Shown: positions 15,001 through 27,919 of the stretch, one piece after another
How positions within the stretch are numbered: the stretch's first letter is position 1
Layout of the letters: each line of letters begins with the position of its first letter
Source of the DNA: Lepidodermella squamata
Lineage: Eukaryota; Animalia; Gastrotricha
NCBI GenBank assembly: GCA_047495785.1
Contig: JBLDXI010000015.1
Location: 2,232,001 to 2,296,000 of the forward strand
Reading direction: 5' to 3'
DNA: 64,000 nt
Translations under genes and position numbers: made by a program
The notes under the pieces: model-generated
The model's input: the letters and a program-made list of their open reading frames with translations, nothing else
Databases searched by the model: none
Told to the model about the DNA's origin: nothing

Positions 15001-17714
15001 GTTTGGATAAGAAACCCACGTGTCGTTTTGAACGAAGTTAACAACCACGGTTGCGTTAGCGGTATACCAGACGATCATTCCTTGGTAACTATCCCATCCG
15101 AAGTATACTATCATTGGTCCGACAGTATCAGTTGAGCTGGGTTTTGGATAACTACGATAAACAAAGAAAACCATCGAGAACGATGAACGGTACAGGCTCG
15201 TCGACAGGCGATCGTGAACTTCATTATATGTGAAACCCTTGCCGCTCATTACAGTCCGCTTTAACCAAGAGTTCGCCTTCCAAAGCGCAGATCCCGAGGA
15301 TCTAAAAATCTTTCCTGTCCCTTCCGCGCCACTGTAGTATTCGAAAAACGGCCAAAATCCGACGAAGTCATACGGTCTTGGCAGCTTTGTCGGCAGTCCT
15401 TGAAAAGAGCCTGCTCTGCTATTTCATCCGAATAAATGGCAATAAAATTTACGTTGCGCAATGGTCTCGTCCATATATGTTTCCATCGCGGTCGCGTTGT
15501 AAAAACCGTCAGCCTCATGCAACCATTGGCCACTCACATTTGTAGGGACAGTTGTCATCAGCATGAAACTGAACAATTAATGCATCAGTCACAGGAATAA
15601 TGTTTTTCTATTTTCTATTTACTCACCCAGCTATGGCTCCATCCCAAGTTTCGCCAGTCGTGGGGTTTTGGCCGAAAATTATCCCGAACTGTGAGGATGG
15701 CACTGGAAACAGACTTGCACCAGTTTCATTACAAGTTTTGAAGCCGACAATTATGGAGAAGATACCACCATTATTAATGAAAACACCTGAAACATTAAGA
15801 TTTAATTATCAGTTTAAACTTAAACAATCAGGATCTGTTCATCATCTTAAATCAGTGGTGCGCAAACTATTGATCCGTTCCAACCCATGGTTCCAAATAT
15901 TTCAAATCACGATACAAGGTTTATGAAATCTCTTCGTTCTATCAACTTGAAAGCGGCAAAGACAAAGTGGGAAACTCGTGGCTCTATCCTCTATCTATCT
16001 CGAGGGTGAACAAACCCCGAAAAAATAGCATGATAGCCATCAAGCAGAATTTCGATAGTTACAAATTTCAGCCATATACCTACAAACAAAGATTACCCCT
16101 TTAAGCTGGCTATTAGATCTATCGATTCCTCAAAAAAGATGTTGAAGCTGCTTGCTTTCTCGCCCTCTATCAAAAACCAAATCGTTGACTGCACAAGCCT
16201 CGACCGGCCGCATGCAGCCGGAAAATCCGAGTTTGCGCACCACCGTCCCAAATAAACATATTTTCCAACGCGCGGCTCTTATTGAAGTCGGAAAGTAACC
16301 GAGAATTTCGACCATTGGCATGAGCCAAAAATTAACGTAAAAAAGCTATGACGTACTCAAGAAGCCTTCAAAAAATGAAGTGAGTAAACTTACTTATTCG
16401 ATTCCACGCATCCGGCTTGACGCAAGATGCTGCGACTGTTTTAAGAACAGTGCCGGTATCATACTTCAGGTAGGCTGTCATGGTCACTTTTCCGTCATAC
16501 TCATAGGTACTACCTCGAAGATCCGACGACGTAGAGTAGGGCTGCAGGTAGCTGTAAACTACGCCGGGCTTGTTTAGTTTTGCGTACATCCAAAAGCGAA
16601 ACGCCCATGGTACTTGGCCTCGAAGGTTATTCACCCACTTTGACGCCGTGTCGTTGATCATAATTCTCGAGTTCATAAGATGTGGGTGAAATTTAACAGC
16701 TGTCCCAGGTACTCCGGTGGGTCCGGCAATCAGCGACACATTTGAAACCGACGTGAACAGAGGATCATTCAGCGTCAGTAGCGATAGTATTTTTGTACCA
16801 CTGGTCTCGCGCGAGACATCTCGCAAGCCGTACAACCGATTCGTGGCCCAAGCGAACCCAGTCGAAGACAGCATTGAGTCGTCGTTGCCAGATGGGTATA
16901 TAACTAATTTTCAAGACAAGTTTTGAGAATTGAGGAATTGAATCGCTTACGGCTTCATACCGAAAAGCCAAAAAACCCAAAACCCCAATTCATACCCAAA
17001 AGTACTAATCAACTGTGTGGGGTTCTCTGAACATCTAAAATTGCTGTTACATTTATTTCTTTCAACATACCGTATCTGCAGTAGCTTGGAAACTCAGTTG
17101 TGCAATTCGTATAGCCATATGTTGATATCTTAGTATCCCAAAACGCACATCTTCCTGGGAAAGTACCAGTCGATGGTAAAGCGGCAACTATAAGCAAAAC
17201 CAATGATTAAAGCTCCGCTATCGTATAGCTTTTCGATTGGGACTTACTAGGAGTTATCCAACCCGGAACCGGAGGCGACCCCAGCAATGCCTGCGAATCG
17301 TCAAAATAGTCCCAACCAGGCCGAGCTGTGCTGTAGTATATACCAACCCATCTTGGGCCAGGTCCCGCCGATCTGCAAAAATCAAATGATTATGCAGATG
17401 CAAATTTTCAGGATTGAAATGTTTATATTCACTCTGAGTTCAAATTCGGAAACGGATCGCCGCGATAAGTTGCCAACATGCCACCTGGAGCCATGTTTTT
17501 ACAAGCTTCATGGGCATTTGACCAACTCAAGGGCGTCGGATTGATTTTGAAGCAAGAATTCCAGCTGAAAAGCCATCCAACTGGGCAATGTCCTACAATA
17601 AACCTATGGTTAATATTTCGAGGATTTCATTTGAAAATGCTACTTACGGTAGGCGTAGGCAGCTGGTACCAAGAAGACCCAAAGAAAGGTCACGGCTATT
17701 ATCTTCAGCCGCAT
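1..17714 (-). CDS. Giant multi-exon polycystin-1/REJ-like cell-surface protein, 3'-incomplete (SP, CTL, 5x LamG-like, WSC, 2x CTL, F5/8C, PKD, 5x CTL, PAN, F5/8C, PKD repeats, REJ)
   Basis: Exon 1 (17714-17648) encodes signal peptide MRLKIIAVTFLWVFLVPAAYAY followed by GTAAGT. The minus-strand ORFs are joined by short GT-AG introns. CTL motifs: CPxGW...WxGL...C...LPYVCQ. F5/8C: FIQVD...YVTTYQVQYS...IVARYIRIIP. WSC: YIGCF...CRRYC...CRC. PKD: WxFGDG, YFGDD, WNKAGIYPIVLTITN. REJ: SYDPD, PPNATAASCRVSPKEGYALTTNFDIRCSGFSDQED, LPSG. GPS and TM regions are not in the window. Confidence 0.88.
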
Positions 17715-20608
17715 AACTTTCAAGCTATCAGCACGAGGACGAAACCTATGTTATCAGCTGATTTTTATCCGAGAGTGAATAACTTAGAATTCATCTACCA
17801 GGAAAAAAACGATGAAATCTATTTTTCAAACAATGTTCAGCCCCTGAAACTTGGGAGGCAGAAATTTATAGCAGGCCTGACCTTTAATCTAAACCAACAA
17901 ATATGAGCCCATGTCACAAAAATGGCATATATTTCTCCATAATATACAAGATCCGGGTGTTTGTCATATTTTATTTCAAAAATGTCTTGACCTTGAAAAT
18001 GGTGTTGATGATTTCGAAACGAATCTTGCTCGGATAACAATTTTACCCGCAATTTTACCTAATGATGTTCCTGGTGGGCCCGTTTTGTGAACTGACTAGG
18101 CAATTTTTTCGAGACAATAATTTTGTAATAGAAAATATCTTGTGTGCGTGAACGAGTGAGATCGGACCTCGGCAGCTGTGTGTGCCATCGATTGGCTACC
18201 ATCGACTTGATTGGCATGTTGCCGTGAAATGTCACAAACATCACGTGGCTTCGACTTTGCGCTTGGAAACGGCGAGAAACTTCTCGCGACAACGCTCTGG
18301 CGTGCTCGTCGATTCGCGAATGAAAGCGCCTGGAAACCATTACTTAATAATCTGATAGCGGCTGTTTCTGCAAGGAAGAAAAAAAATGCGTCTCAAACAC
18401 GAACTAGCTAAAAATGATTTTGTAAATTTTACTTCTGGAAATTATCGCGGGATCAAAAACCGAATTTTTTCTTGTCACTGAACAGTGGTATGCGGTTACA
18501 GAATTTGTTCCGCGGCATAATGACGACGGGATTGAATCTAGAAAAAAACTCGAAGCAATACAAAATAGAACCATACGAACCATATACATTATTACCGTCA
18601 AATTTGCTGAATTAAATCGCGCATTTTAAAATAACAACTAAGCTAAATTCTGAAAAATACACGTTCTCATGTTACCTCGTGTTAGTCCTCTCCGGAACCT
18701 CCTTCGCTGTTACGAGAAATATTTTGGAATTGTTTTAGTCGGCCTGAACCGTTTTTCGGACACTTTTTCAAGATTTTCATTATTGATCATCATAATTCCA
18801 AGTAGATCGGCGATCGAGAGGTTACAACCACACTGAAAATTAGCTAAGAAGTTCCTTGGCCAAGTTACAAAATTGAAAAAAAACATGTCACAGCACACTT
18901 ACCCGATTTTTCCAACATTTTTTTCGAATTTCAACTAACTTTTTTAGAATTGAATTTGCTTAGAGTAAATGGGAAATCGGAGAAGTCTGAAGAATCCAAA
19001 CAACGTTTTCCGTGAATTGGCATTGAACGTTAAAGGCAGAGCTTCCAACACCTAACCCTTGGCGACCCCAAAATCAAAATTCTTACCAGGCTGCGATCCC
19101 TGGCAAATTTTTCAATTTTTTGCTCATTTTTCAGGATGTGAATAATAGGTAGATTCTCAAAATTCCGAAATTCTGCGTCCAAGCTATAAAATATTATCCA
19201 ATTACATACAGTTCTTCAACCTTTCCATGAATCGTGAATCTTCATGGATTTTTGTCGGTTTTCAGTCGAATAAAGTGGGAATAAAATGCTAACGCCATTT
19301 TTTGAAGATTTTTCCTTAAAAATTGAACCAAATCTTTTCACTTTTCAAGTTTAATTAAAATCGTCAACGACGCTGAAAAATTATATATTATAATTTAAGG
19401 CAGCTGAAGTCGGAAAAAGTAAACTTGGATTATAGCAGATTCTTAATTTCGATCGCTCATGCTGCAAATTCGCGCAACACCGCGCTCAGAACGACAACCA
19501 ATAGGACGAGCATGCGCGTGGTACAAACCTGGCGCGGGCTTGAAAAGGCGCTCAATCAATGCGCAACTTTAATAATTAATGACCGCAGAAATCAATTTTT
19601 GCTGGAATAAAATTTGTAATGAAGATTGGAATGACGACAAACTGAGTTCATTAGCCATTTTCATGGCGTTTTCTAATAACGGTTACCACGAGCATTTTTG
19701 ACTACACGACTATGCGGCACATACAGCTTGTTCCATAGGTAACGCAAGGAAAGAAAATAAACGGAAAAGAGAAAGTCTAAAATGAGAGGCCAAGTCACAT
19801 TTCATGGACAGAAAATTTTTAAGAAAAATAAAAAAATCGCAAAAGTAGTAATCAATTATGTCGGCGCTTATTAATGGGATTAAAAACGTCCGGAGAAATT
19901 TGCTTCTCCAGGGGATAATACCGAAAATTACCAAATCAGTTACCATCGGAGTTTTTCGGGTTTTCTCCGGTAAATTTTTACTCTGTTCGTTTAAATCGCG
20001 GATAAAAGATGAAATATTCTCTCGGTATGTTTAATTTTATATAATTATTGGATTTTCCTGCCTAAAGTAGCCAAATTGAAAACAGTTACGCAACTTCTGG
20101 AACACGCTGTATATTGCGCAAAACGCCCGATTGATTCAGTTTATTATGCTCAACATCTTCATTAGCGTACACACGTTTTTTAATATGCAAATTACGAAGG
20201 TAGATGGAAATCGCGCTTATTTTATAGGCGGAGAACGCGGAGATTAAGAAAGATAGTAACCGTCCTGCTCAAACTATTGCGCGTTCTTTTACGCTTCCTG
20301 CCCTGATCCGTTTAACGGGCACTGCCCAATATTCCGGCCCTGCCCTGTATTTCGATCCTGTCGTCTTAATCGGTATGTAAGGTAATATCATTGTGACCTT
20401 TAATAATTTTCGCTAATGACGTTATTTCGCGGTCATGGGACCTATTAGTCACGTTCGATAATTTCTTGTAAGCAATTTTTTCATTTATTGGAGTAGTTTA
20501 CGATTTTTATCATTTACCAGCATCTTTCATCTTTATTTTCTACCTCTGTTTCGCGAGACAAATGTAGCGAAAAGGGCGCAATTCCAGGCTTGGAGGAATG
20601 ATTCCAGG

Positions 20609-20986
20609 CGGGTCCCCTACAGAGCAGCAGGCTTCAAAGCAGGATAAACTCAAAAAGCGGTGCAAACGCCACGCAACAATAAACCGAATTAATTACGATA
20701 AAATTCGGCGTAGTTTTCTGAATATGAACTCATCATAACTTTAGTAGTCCGGCTTATGAATTTTGAAAAAATTTCGAAAAACGACTTTTTCGACCAAAGT
20801 GAGGTCTGTGTTACATTACGGAGTTTTGATGACTTATGTTCCTCAATTTTTGGTGTGAAAAGCTAGAATAGCTGACCATCATGTTAGTCCATTGGTTGAA
20901 AATCAGAGGCTAAGCCTGAGCGCCTGCTGAGAGGACTGTTTAGTGCGTTTTCCCTGCTTTGAAGCCTGCTGCTCTGTGGGGGACCC
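20609..20986. repeat. Inverted repeat pair (~35 bp arms), probable MITE remnant
   Basis: GGGTCCCCTACAGAGCAGCAGGCTTCAAAGCAGG at ~20610 pairs with CCTGCTTTGAAGCCTGCTGCTCTGTGGGGGACCC at ~20953-20986. Confidence 0.7.
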
Positions 20987-22077
20987 TTCCAGGCCCCCTA
21001 TTTTTTTCTGCGCGCGCTCTCCTATTGGCTGGTTCCACGCCCTGTTGCGCAATCGGTGCGCGCGCACAAGTAAAAGCCATAGTTGTTTCAAAGCTAAAAC
21101 AAAGGCAACATCTTTTACATCAATTTTGTTTGTGTTTTATAGCGCACCAATTTTTACGAGCGCGCGCTAATTACCGTGCTTCTTTCACTGCGACCGATTT
21201 CAACACCCTTTATTGTGAAGAAAATCACCTCCGTAATTGGGAAAAGAAATATTGTATAGTTCCAGTTTCGAGCTCTGTTTATTTTTCAATTTTTAAGCCA
21301 CATACTTCTTTCATTTTTCCACTTGGAAAAAAAAATCTATAAGAAATAATAATAGGTACCTATCCTCATTACTGCGCCAAATTCGCTCGACCCTATAAAT
21401 ATTCGCGCGACAATTGAAATTAATCGCTATTCTTTGCGAATATTTGCGCATGAAGTGAATTTGGCGTACTCACGCGACCTTTCAAATTCAATCCCAAATT
21501 GCGGCCATGCGTTGCTGTTCACATCTAATTCGATTTATGATGAATATCACCGAGAATGAGTTTCCGCGTCTCGAGTCTCGAGCGCCGCGAAGCGTGTTGT
21601 TACAACAATAAAACCTCGCTGCGACACGCAATAATAGCCCGCATCCTCCTGCAGTGCTTTACCTCGCGCGCGCCCCGTCGTGCTGCGCGTCCAGGCCCCA
21701 AACTCACGTTTTCGCCGCATGTAGTTCCGATTTCAAGTGGCACGTGACATATTATGTAGCAGCCACTTGGCATCGCGTGCGTTTACTTCGGCTTCTGTAA
21801 TTATTCATTAATCGGCAGATGTATTATAATTACCGCCACACCCTCGGCGGCCAGGTTTACTATTCAGTTTATCTCATTAGTTTTCTTTAATCGAGCCCCT
21901 TGAATATTTTGAATAGTTTTTCTAGAGAGAGCGGTATTTTTCTCATATATTGAATATTTTCAGAGATTTCATTTCGCGGCATTAATTTTCATTAATAATT
22001 AAATTTGCATTTTAATTACCTTTCTACCGAGTTTTTACTGAATGCGTGAAATTTTTCAATTTTTTCAAATTAGGATT

Positions 22078-23855
22078 ATGGCGGAAATTGAATTAAAATC
22101 AGAGTGCCAGTGTCCCGAGCTGTTGGAGTTGGTCGAAATCAGTGTACCCGAATATTTAATCGTCGCCATTCAAGCGTATCCACCTGAACAAAAAGTCCTA
22201 ACCGCTCTGGTCGACTACGCCCGCGAATCGCGGTCGCTCATTTCGAGCCTTTACGAATCGGTCTCCGCCTTGAAAAATCACTGCGCTAAAATCGCGGCTC
22301 AGAATGTCGACGATGGCAAAACCGATGATCTGAAGCAGCAACTGGCTAATCTCGGCGCTATGTTTGTCGCCTCTCGGTCGAAGCTGACGGACGCTGAGAG
22401 TGAAATTAACCGGCTACGAGGCGAAATTGAAGAGCTGAAGAAATCGAGAATCAACGCTGAAAAATGCGAGGCTGAGAAAGAGGCGAAACTGCTGGAAACA
22501 ATCTCGCAGCTGACTAAACTGCTGGCCGCTCAGCCGCCGGCTTCTAAACCTGACATCAATTCAAAAGCTGACCGCGACTACAAACGTGACTACGAGCAAG
22601 AAAAGGCGCAGTTTTTCAAGTTTCAGAAAGAAGCGAAAAATTATCAGCAGTTTTTGAAGGACGAATGCAAAAAGGCGACGGAGGAATGTGAGCTGTTGAA
22701 GAAGGAACTAGCGAGTCGTCGACCAAGTTCGGTCTTGCGAAAAGGCGAAATTCATCTTGACATCGACTGCATCGCCTCAGTAAAACGGAAACGATCCCTG
22801 GACAACAATCAACATTTGTCTTGCCCTGGTAATTAATTTTTAGAATTTTAGAAAATTTCAGAAAATTTGCAGAATGGCTTATTATATTATCTCGATCCCA
22901 TGTTACAAATAATGTATAATTTTTTAATGTTTTTTCGCCAGGTGACTCCTTGGTCGAATCGACTAATTCAAAACTGCCAGCCGCCGCTAGTCTTTCTAGT
23001 CCGCTATTCTGTGAGGTAAATTAATCCGTTAATTATTTCCGCTAAGCATAGGGAGGATTATCCGCCTCCTTGGCGTCAAATTGGGCAAGGGTGACATTCT
23101 AGGATAGGTGCGGCGATTATTCGCGCGCGGCGATTCAGTGCTGAAATTGGGATGTATTATCGACGATTATTCGCGTTAGCTAATTAAAGGTGCGACCTTA
23201 AAACTGTAATTTGTAATTTATAATTTTTTAAGCGCTAAATTTAGCGATTTTTTTCTGATTTGTGCAGCGATTTAAAAAAAACGAAACTTTTTACCCAAAT
23301 AATTTCGTGTAAACTCAGCAATTGTGTGGTTAGAAGCCGAGCAATAATTATTAATGGGCAATAATTTAATCATATTTCTGGAAATTTCAAGTTTCACTGA
23401 AAATTTTCGTCCGCCCGCTCTGAAAGCACGACTCAGCGTGAATGACCTGCACTGTGGATTTGCCTCAAAGCAAGTGACCACTTTTTCATAGATCTGCATT
23501 AATATATTTTGTCAGAATTTGCGGAAATAGGTACTTGAATCCACTAGCGCTTTAATTTGTATTAAATTAATTTAAAAAAAAATTAGATAATCCAGTAATA
23601 TTTATTTTCCAATTCGAATTTTTACATGTCATTTTTACGCAGGCGTGTTCGACGACAAAGAAACTGGTGCGCCGTGTTTGCGATGAGCTGGAACAGACCC
23701 GTCACGTGATCAATGTCCGGCTAAAATCAATTTCTCAAAGCAACTGTTCATCGCAACGCCATCCCGCTAATAATTCGGGCGACGAGCTGCCTTTTCTCAG
23801 GCAAGTCGCCCAACTTGTCTCAGCAGCATCGAAAAATCTCCGGGCTATCGCCTGA
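22078..23855 (+). CDS. Family A coiled-coil protein, paralogue 1 (exons 22078-22828, 22942-23015, 23643-23855)
   Basis: ATG follows an AG acceptor. GT-AG junctions keep frame into the 23667 ORF. Heptad-rich body, KRKRS basic patch, terminal DELPFLRQV helix. Confidence 0.75.
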
Positions 23856-24358
23856 CATAGTCAGCGTTGTCCCTTAATTCCACCCCCAACGTACGGTTTT
23901 ATCGAGAAATCAATCAGCCAAGCTTTAATTGTATACTGTATATCTGATCATTTTTCAACAACATAATATCGTGTTCGTTTTTTGTTTACTCGCAATACAC
24001 GCGAGTATTATAATATTTTGCGCGGCGAAAAACGAGAGATGATGAATAAAACATGACAACTGAGCAAACTACAAGCTCAAATGATCGATTTTTCTTGTTT
24101 TAAAGTGAAAAAATAAGCTGTTATTGGGCACCTACATAACGCAGTTTCTTGCTTCATGCTCACGGCTGTAAATTTCACACACCTTGATGATCAATTTTTT
24201 CCCTCATTATTTACACTATTATAAGGTGGCAAAGGAGCTTGCCCTATCTCGTAGAAGAACACAGCAATTTTCATCACGAAGCCGAGTCTTATGCGTCTAA
24301 ACTTTGTATTTTTTTCTGCAACTCCATTGTCTTTTAAAAGCCTAGTTTATCTACAATA

Positions 24359-24622
24359 ATGAGTGGCGAGTTTATGGCCTTGAACCCTTGTGATTATGAC
24401 GTCGAACAAGCGGCCCGGTACCTGACTGAAATTGTCATAATAGGCGCGCTGAAAATATGCCTAGCCGAGGATCTAGTCATGCGGAACGGCTCGAGCAAAA
24501 GCAGCTCCGAAAAGCAATCTCTTGTCGGCTTGGCTAAGCGAAAATTGAAAATATTGGACGAGTGTAGCGCGCCATTAGACGATGAGACATACATGTCGCC
24601 TAAAAAACTTATGAGAAGTTGA
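24359..24622 (+). CDS. Small 87-aa orphan ORF with an amphipathic AKAP-like helix and basic patches
   Basis: ATG-initiated ORF with GC higher than its flanks. Contains DVEQAARYLTEIVIIGAL, KRKLK and SPKK; AATAAA lies downstream (~24687). Confidence 0.45.
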   Translation: MSGEFMALNPCDYDVEQAARYLTEIVIIGALKICLAEDLVMRNGSSKSSSEKQSLVGLAKRKLKILDECSAPLDDETYMSPKKLMRS

Positions 24623-25266
24623 TAAATGAACCGCCGATATATCAGCTCTTCGCCTCTATCAGCTATGCTCATTCGTATGGTTAGAAAATAAAATCTGACT
24701 TCTAATCTTGATACTACCATGATTGATAATTGTGGTCGAATTCGAGTTTCGCTAATTTTGGCTGAGATTGCTCGTGATTTCATTGCTCATCATTGCGAAA
24801 CATTTCCATGATCGGTAACCGCGAACAAAAAGTGGCTCCAGCTCGAGCCCAATGCGCGGCTTTCTTCTAAGTTATTTTCCCGATAACAAAATTTCCGCGA
24901 AAAGAGTCATTTTTGATTACTAAATTTTACAGAGGCCGATTTCGCTGCGAAACTCCATTCTCTTTATCAAGTTCATCTATACGAAATTTTGAATTTGAAA
25001 AATTCAAAAATTCAACCCAAAAATTAGAGTGAAAGGGAACGGGAATCGTCTGAAGCCGGAAGTTGTGTGTATTTTAAGTTGCTCCTGCAGAGGCTTCTGC
25101 TCATTTTCGGTGGTCGTTTGCTCTAGAAAGATTTAATTTTTGATATTTTTTCTTAAATTTTCTTAAATTTTCAGCTCAATTGAAAGAAAAATAGTTAATT
25201 TCATCTTTTGTACAATTCATTCGCAATATAGTTTAGTATAGGAGTGCTACGTCGCGGAAAATAAAA

Positions 25267-25422
25267 TACCGTATTGTTCCTACCTAGCAGCCCGGGTTGC
25301 TAAAATTTCAACCTCGAAATTTGGAAGATTTCAAAAAATAATTGTGGATGTTTTCGAACCGACTTGACCCCTCAACCTTGGGCTACACTATTAGTGGATG
25401 GGCTACTATTGGAACAAACCGG
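25267..25422. mobile_element. Degenerate short MITE, Tc1/mariner-pogo-like (CCGTA-type end)
   Basis: Left end TACCGTATTGTTCCTACCTAGCAGCCC pairs imperfectly with right end GGGCTACTATTGGAACAAACCGG. Confidence 0.45.
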
Positions 25423-26648
25423 GCAAATTCGATAAACAGCGGAATCTTAACAGAAAAAATCTTTGCATTCCAGCTCGATGGCGGAATTGATAACGGGCAG
25501 AAGAGAAATTAGAGGGGAACAATTGATAATTGCGGAAGGGCTATAGCGGAAATCCCCCGCGAACTATGCGTCTACGATGTATTTCCGCTGACTGCTTTCC
25601 CTGCTTCATGTTTCAAGAGTCATTTCAATAGGAATTACGCCAAAAAACTGAGCAATTTTAATGAGTGACTCGGATCCACTGAACTATCGCTAGTAATACT
25701 GTTGTATTTGTTGATTATTAGAAAAAAATTGTACAACATTTCAAGTTCAAAACCCAAGTCTTGTGTAGTGCGAAGCCGGGTTCATAGGGGTGATTCAAAT
25801 TAGTGCGTTAACTCAAAAAGAGCCTGTTTGTTTTTTTGTAATATACAAGACGGAACGTGTAGTACTATACAAACCCGCCGTCAAATTTCGCCCAAGACAC
25901 GTATTCCAACACTCACTGCTCACGTGGTGAATCTCATACTGCCAAAAAAATTACAACGGCTGCATTATTACTATCAGTGGCGCATCGCGTGAAAAACAAA
26001 GCCACTAATAATAAACTGCAGTAGTTAAAAGCTTGTCTGCAGGTAGATAAATGCGGTTCTAGCCGGACACTTTTTTGTTCACCTGAACACAACGATGACA
26101 CATACACATAGGGCTTAAAATGACGGTTGAAGGAACACGCTTAGCTTGCTCATCACTTAAATTTTATGAATGGCGCCATGCGCTTGCGGCGGCACTTATA
26201 ATGCAAAATAATTACATTATAGGTATGAACCAAACGAACACGTAGACACTAACACGAGAGCATCTTCATCAAAACAAAAGAACCCTTATGATAAATGTTT
26301 GAAAAATAAATGCCGTCCTGTCAAGAAATACAGGGTTGTCATTATGCTGGGTTAATCGATTTTCGCACCGAAAATAAAATCGTAAATTTTTAAAAAAAAT
26401 TCGCTATTAACCCCTTATAAACCAACGATTTATTAATAATTTTCTGAAAATTATTGGAATTTTTATGTAATTTTTTAATATTAATTTAAAAATTTGAACT
26501 ACTTTGTCAAGTTTTGCTTCGAAATTCTTTTGTACACATTCGCATTACGAATTGAGTTCGGTCACTCTATTTCTCATCCTCTCAACATTAATGTTTAGTT
26601 TGAATTTTATTTAATGTGAACTTTTAATTAGAAATTGTGTTACAAAAA

Positions 26649-27919
26649 ATGGACGATCCAAACCGCACCTGCTCGTCGCCCCTGTTAGTTATCGACGAAA
26701 GCAGCAACGACTCCACATTTGTCCCAAATAATAAGCCAGATATTGCTACTCAACGGCTGGAAAATTTGTTGAAGCAACATGACATTCAACCACAGGCGGC
26801 GGTTGTTCTACGCCAAGCCTGCGCGAAATCGCAATCGATTCTCGTCGCCCTTGTTCAACTCGGAAATTCATTTAAAACACGGGAGGATATGTTAACCCAC
26901 CAACTTAACGCGGCTAAGGAAGCTAAAGCGAACCGTGATCGAGAGGTGGCTCAGCTGGCTATGGAAATTACCAGCCTAAAATCGCAGGAAAAATCTGCGG
27001 AAAATTCAGAAGATGGCGAGCCTTCGCCCATCGAGCGCGAACTTGGTTCAGCTCGCATGACCGCTGTTCGTTACGAGCAGGAATGTGAGACTCTCCGGCA
27101 TAGGATAACTTTCCTAGAAACTCGAGTAATCGAAATTATCGAGAAAAGCCGGAGAGCGATTGCGCATGTCAAGTCGAGCTTCGAAACCAAGCTTGTGGCG
27201 GAACAAGCGAAGGTGATCGAGCTTGAGAAGAAATTAGAGACGCAGCCAAAAGTCGTCGATACTCGTGGTTTGGAGGTGCAAGTTAAATCACTGGAGGAAG
27301 CATTGGAAATTGAAAGGAAAAACCTCCGAACAGCCTATGAATGCAACTGCAAATTATTCGCTGATTTCCGGGTTCGAATCGAGGAGAAGTCGAAAGACCT
27401 CGAGGAGGCTCGCCAGCAGTTATCTTCTGAAAGGAACCGCGCTGAATTACTTGCGAGCCAAGTTCAGCAGCGGGAGGCTGAGCTGTCGACGTTGAAAATA
27501 GACTTCGAAATGAATGTATTGAAAGCGAGGTTTGAACGTGCCTCGGAACAGCAGCAGAAGGAAATGTCACGGCGGCGAAAACTACAAATGTCAAGCGTCA
27601 GCAGTGAAGCGAGTGAATCACCTGACTTACTGGCGCGGCCAAATTCTAAAATTGCTCGCATTATTCTCGGAGAGGGCTCAGGATTACCCCCACCATCAGT
27701 ATCAGGTTAGAATTGATAACTAAATTTTCTGAATTTTTTTGAATATTTTCAAATTAAAATTTTTAAATTATTTTTAAATTATTAAAAATGTTTTTGGAAT
27801 TTAATGTCTAATTTTAATATAGGAATTCTTTTTATTTAATTTTCTAAAAAATTATTTTTATACTTTCAGGCGTTGATTTTCTGGATTTTCTTGGTTCGCC
27901 GATGCCGAAAGGACTTTGA
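26649..27919 (+). CDS. Family A coiled-coil protein, paralogue 2 (exons 26649-27705, 27870-27919)
   Basis: Long heptad ORF. N-domain LENLLKQHDIQPQAAVVL...ILVALVQLG...REDMLTHQL; RRRK patch; phase-1 intron to a short terminal exon. Confidence 0.75.

Noticed and set aside
802-17906. Plus-strand and alternative-frame ORFs over the polycystin gene
   Set aside because: Antisense or off-frame shadows of real exons, with no motifs.
18880-19000. Weak similarity to 25020-25055 and, inverted, to 20760-20815
   Set aside because: Short AT-rich matches with no definable boundaries; probably old repeat debris.
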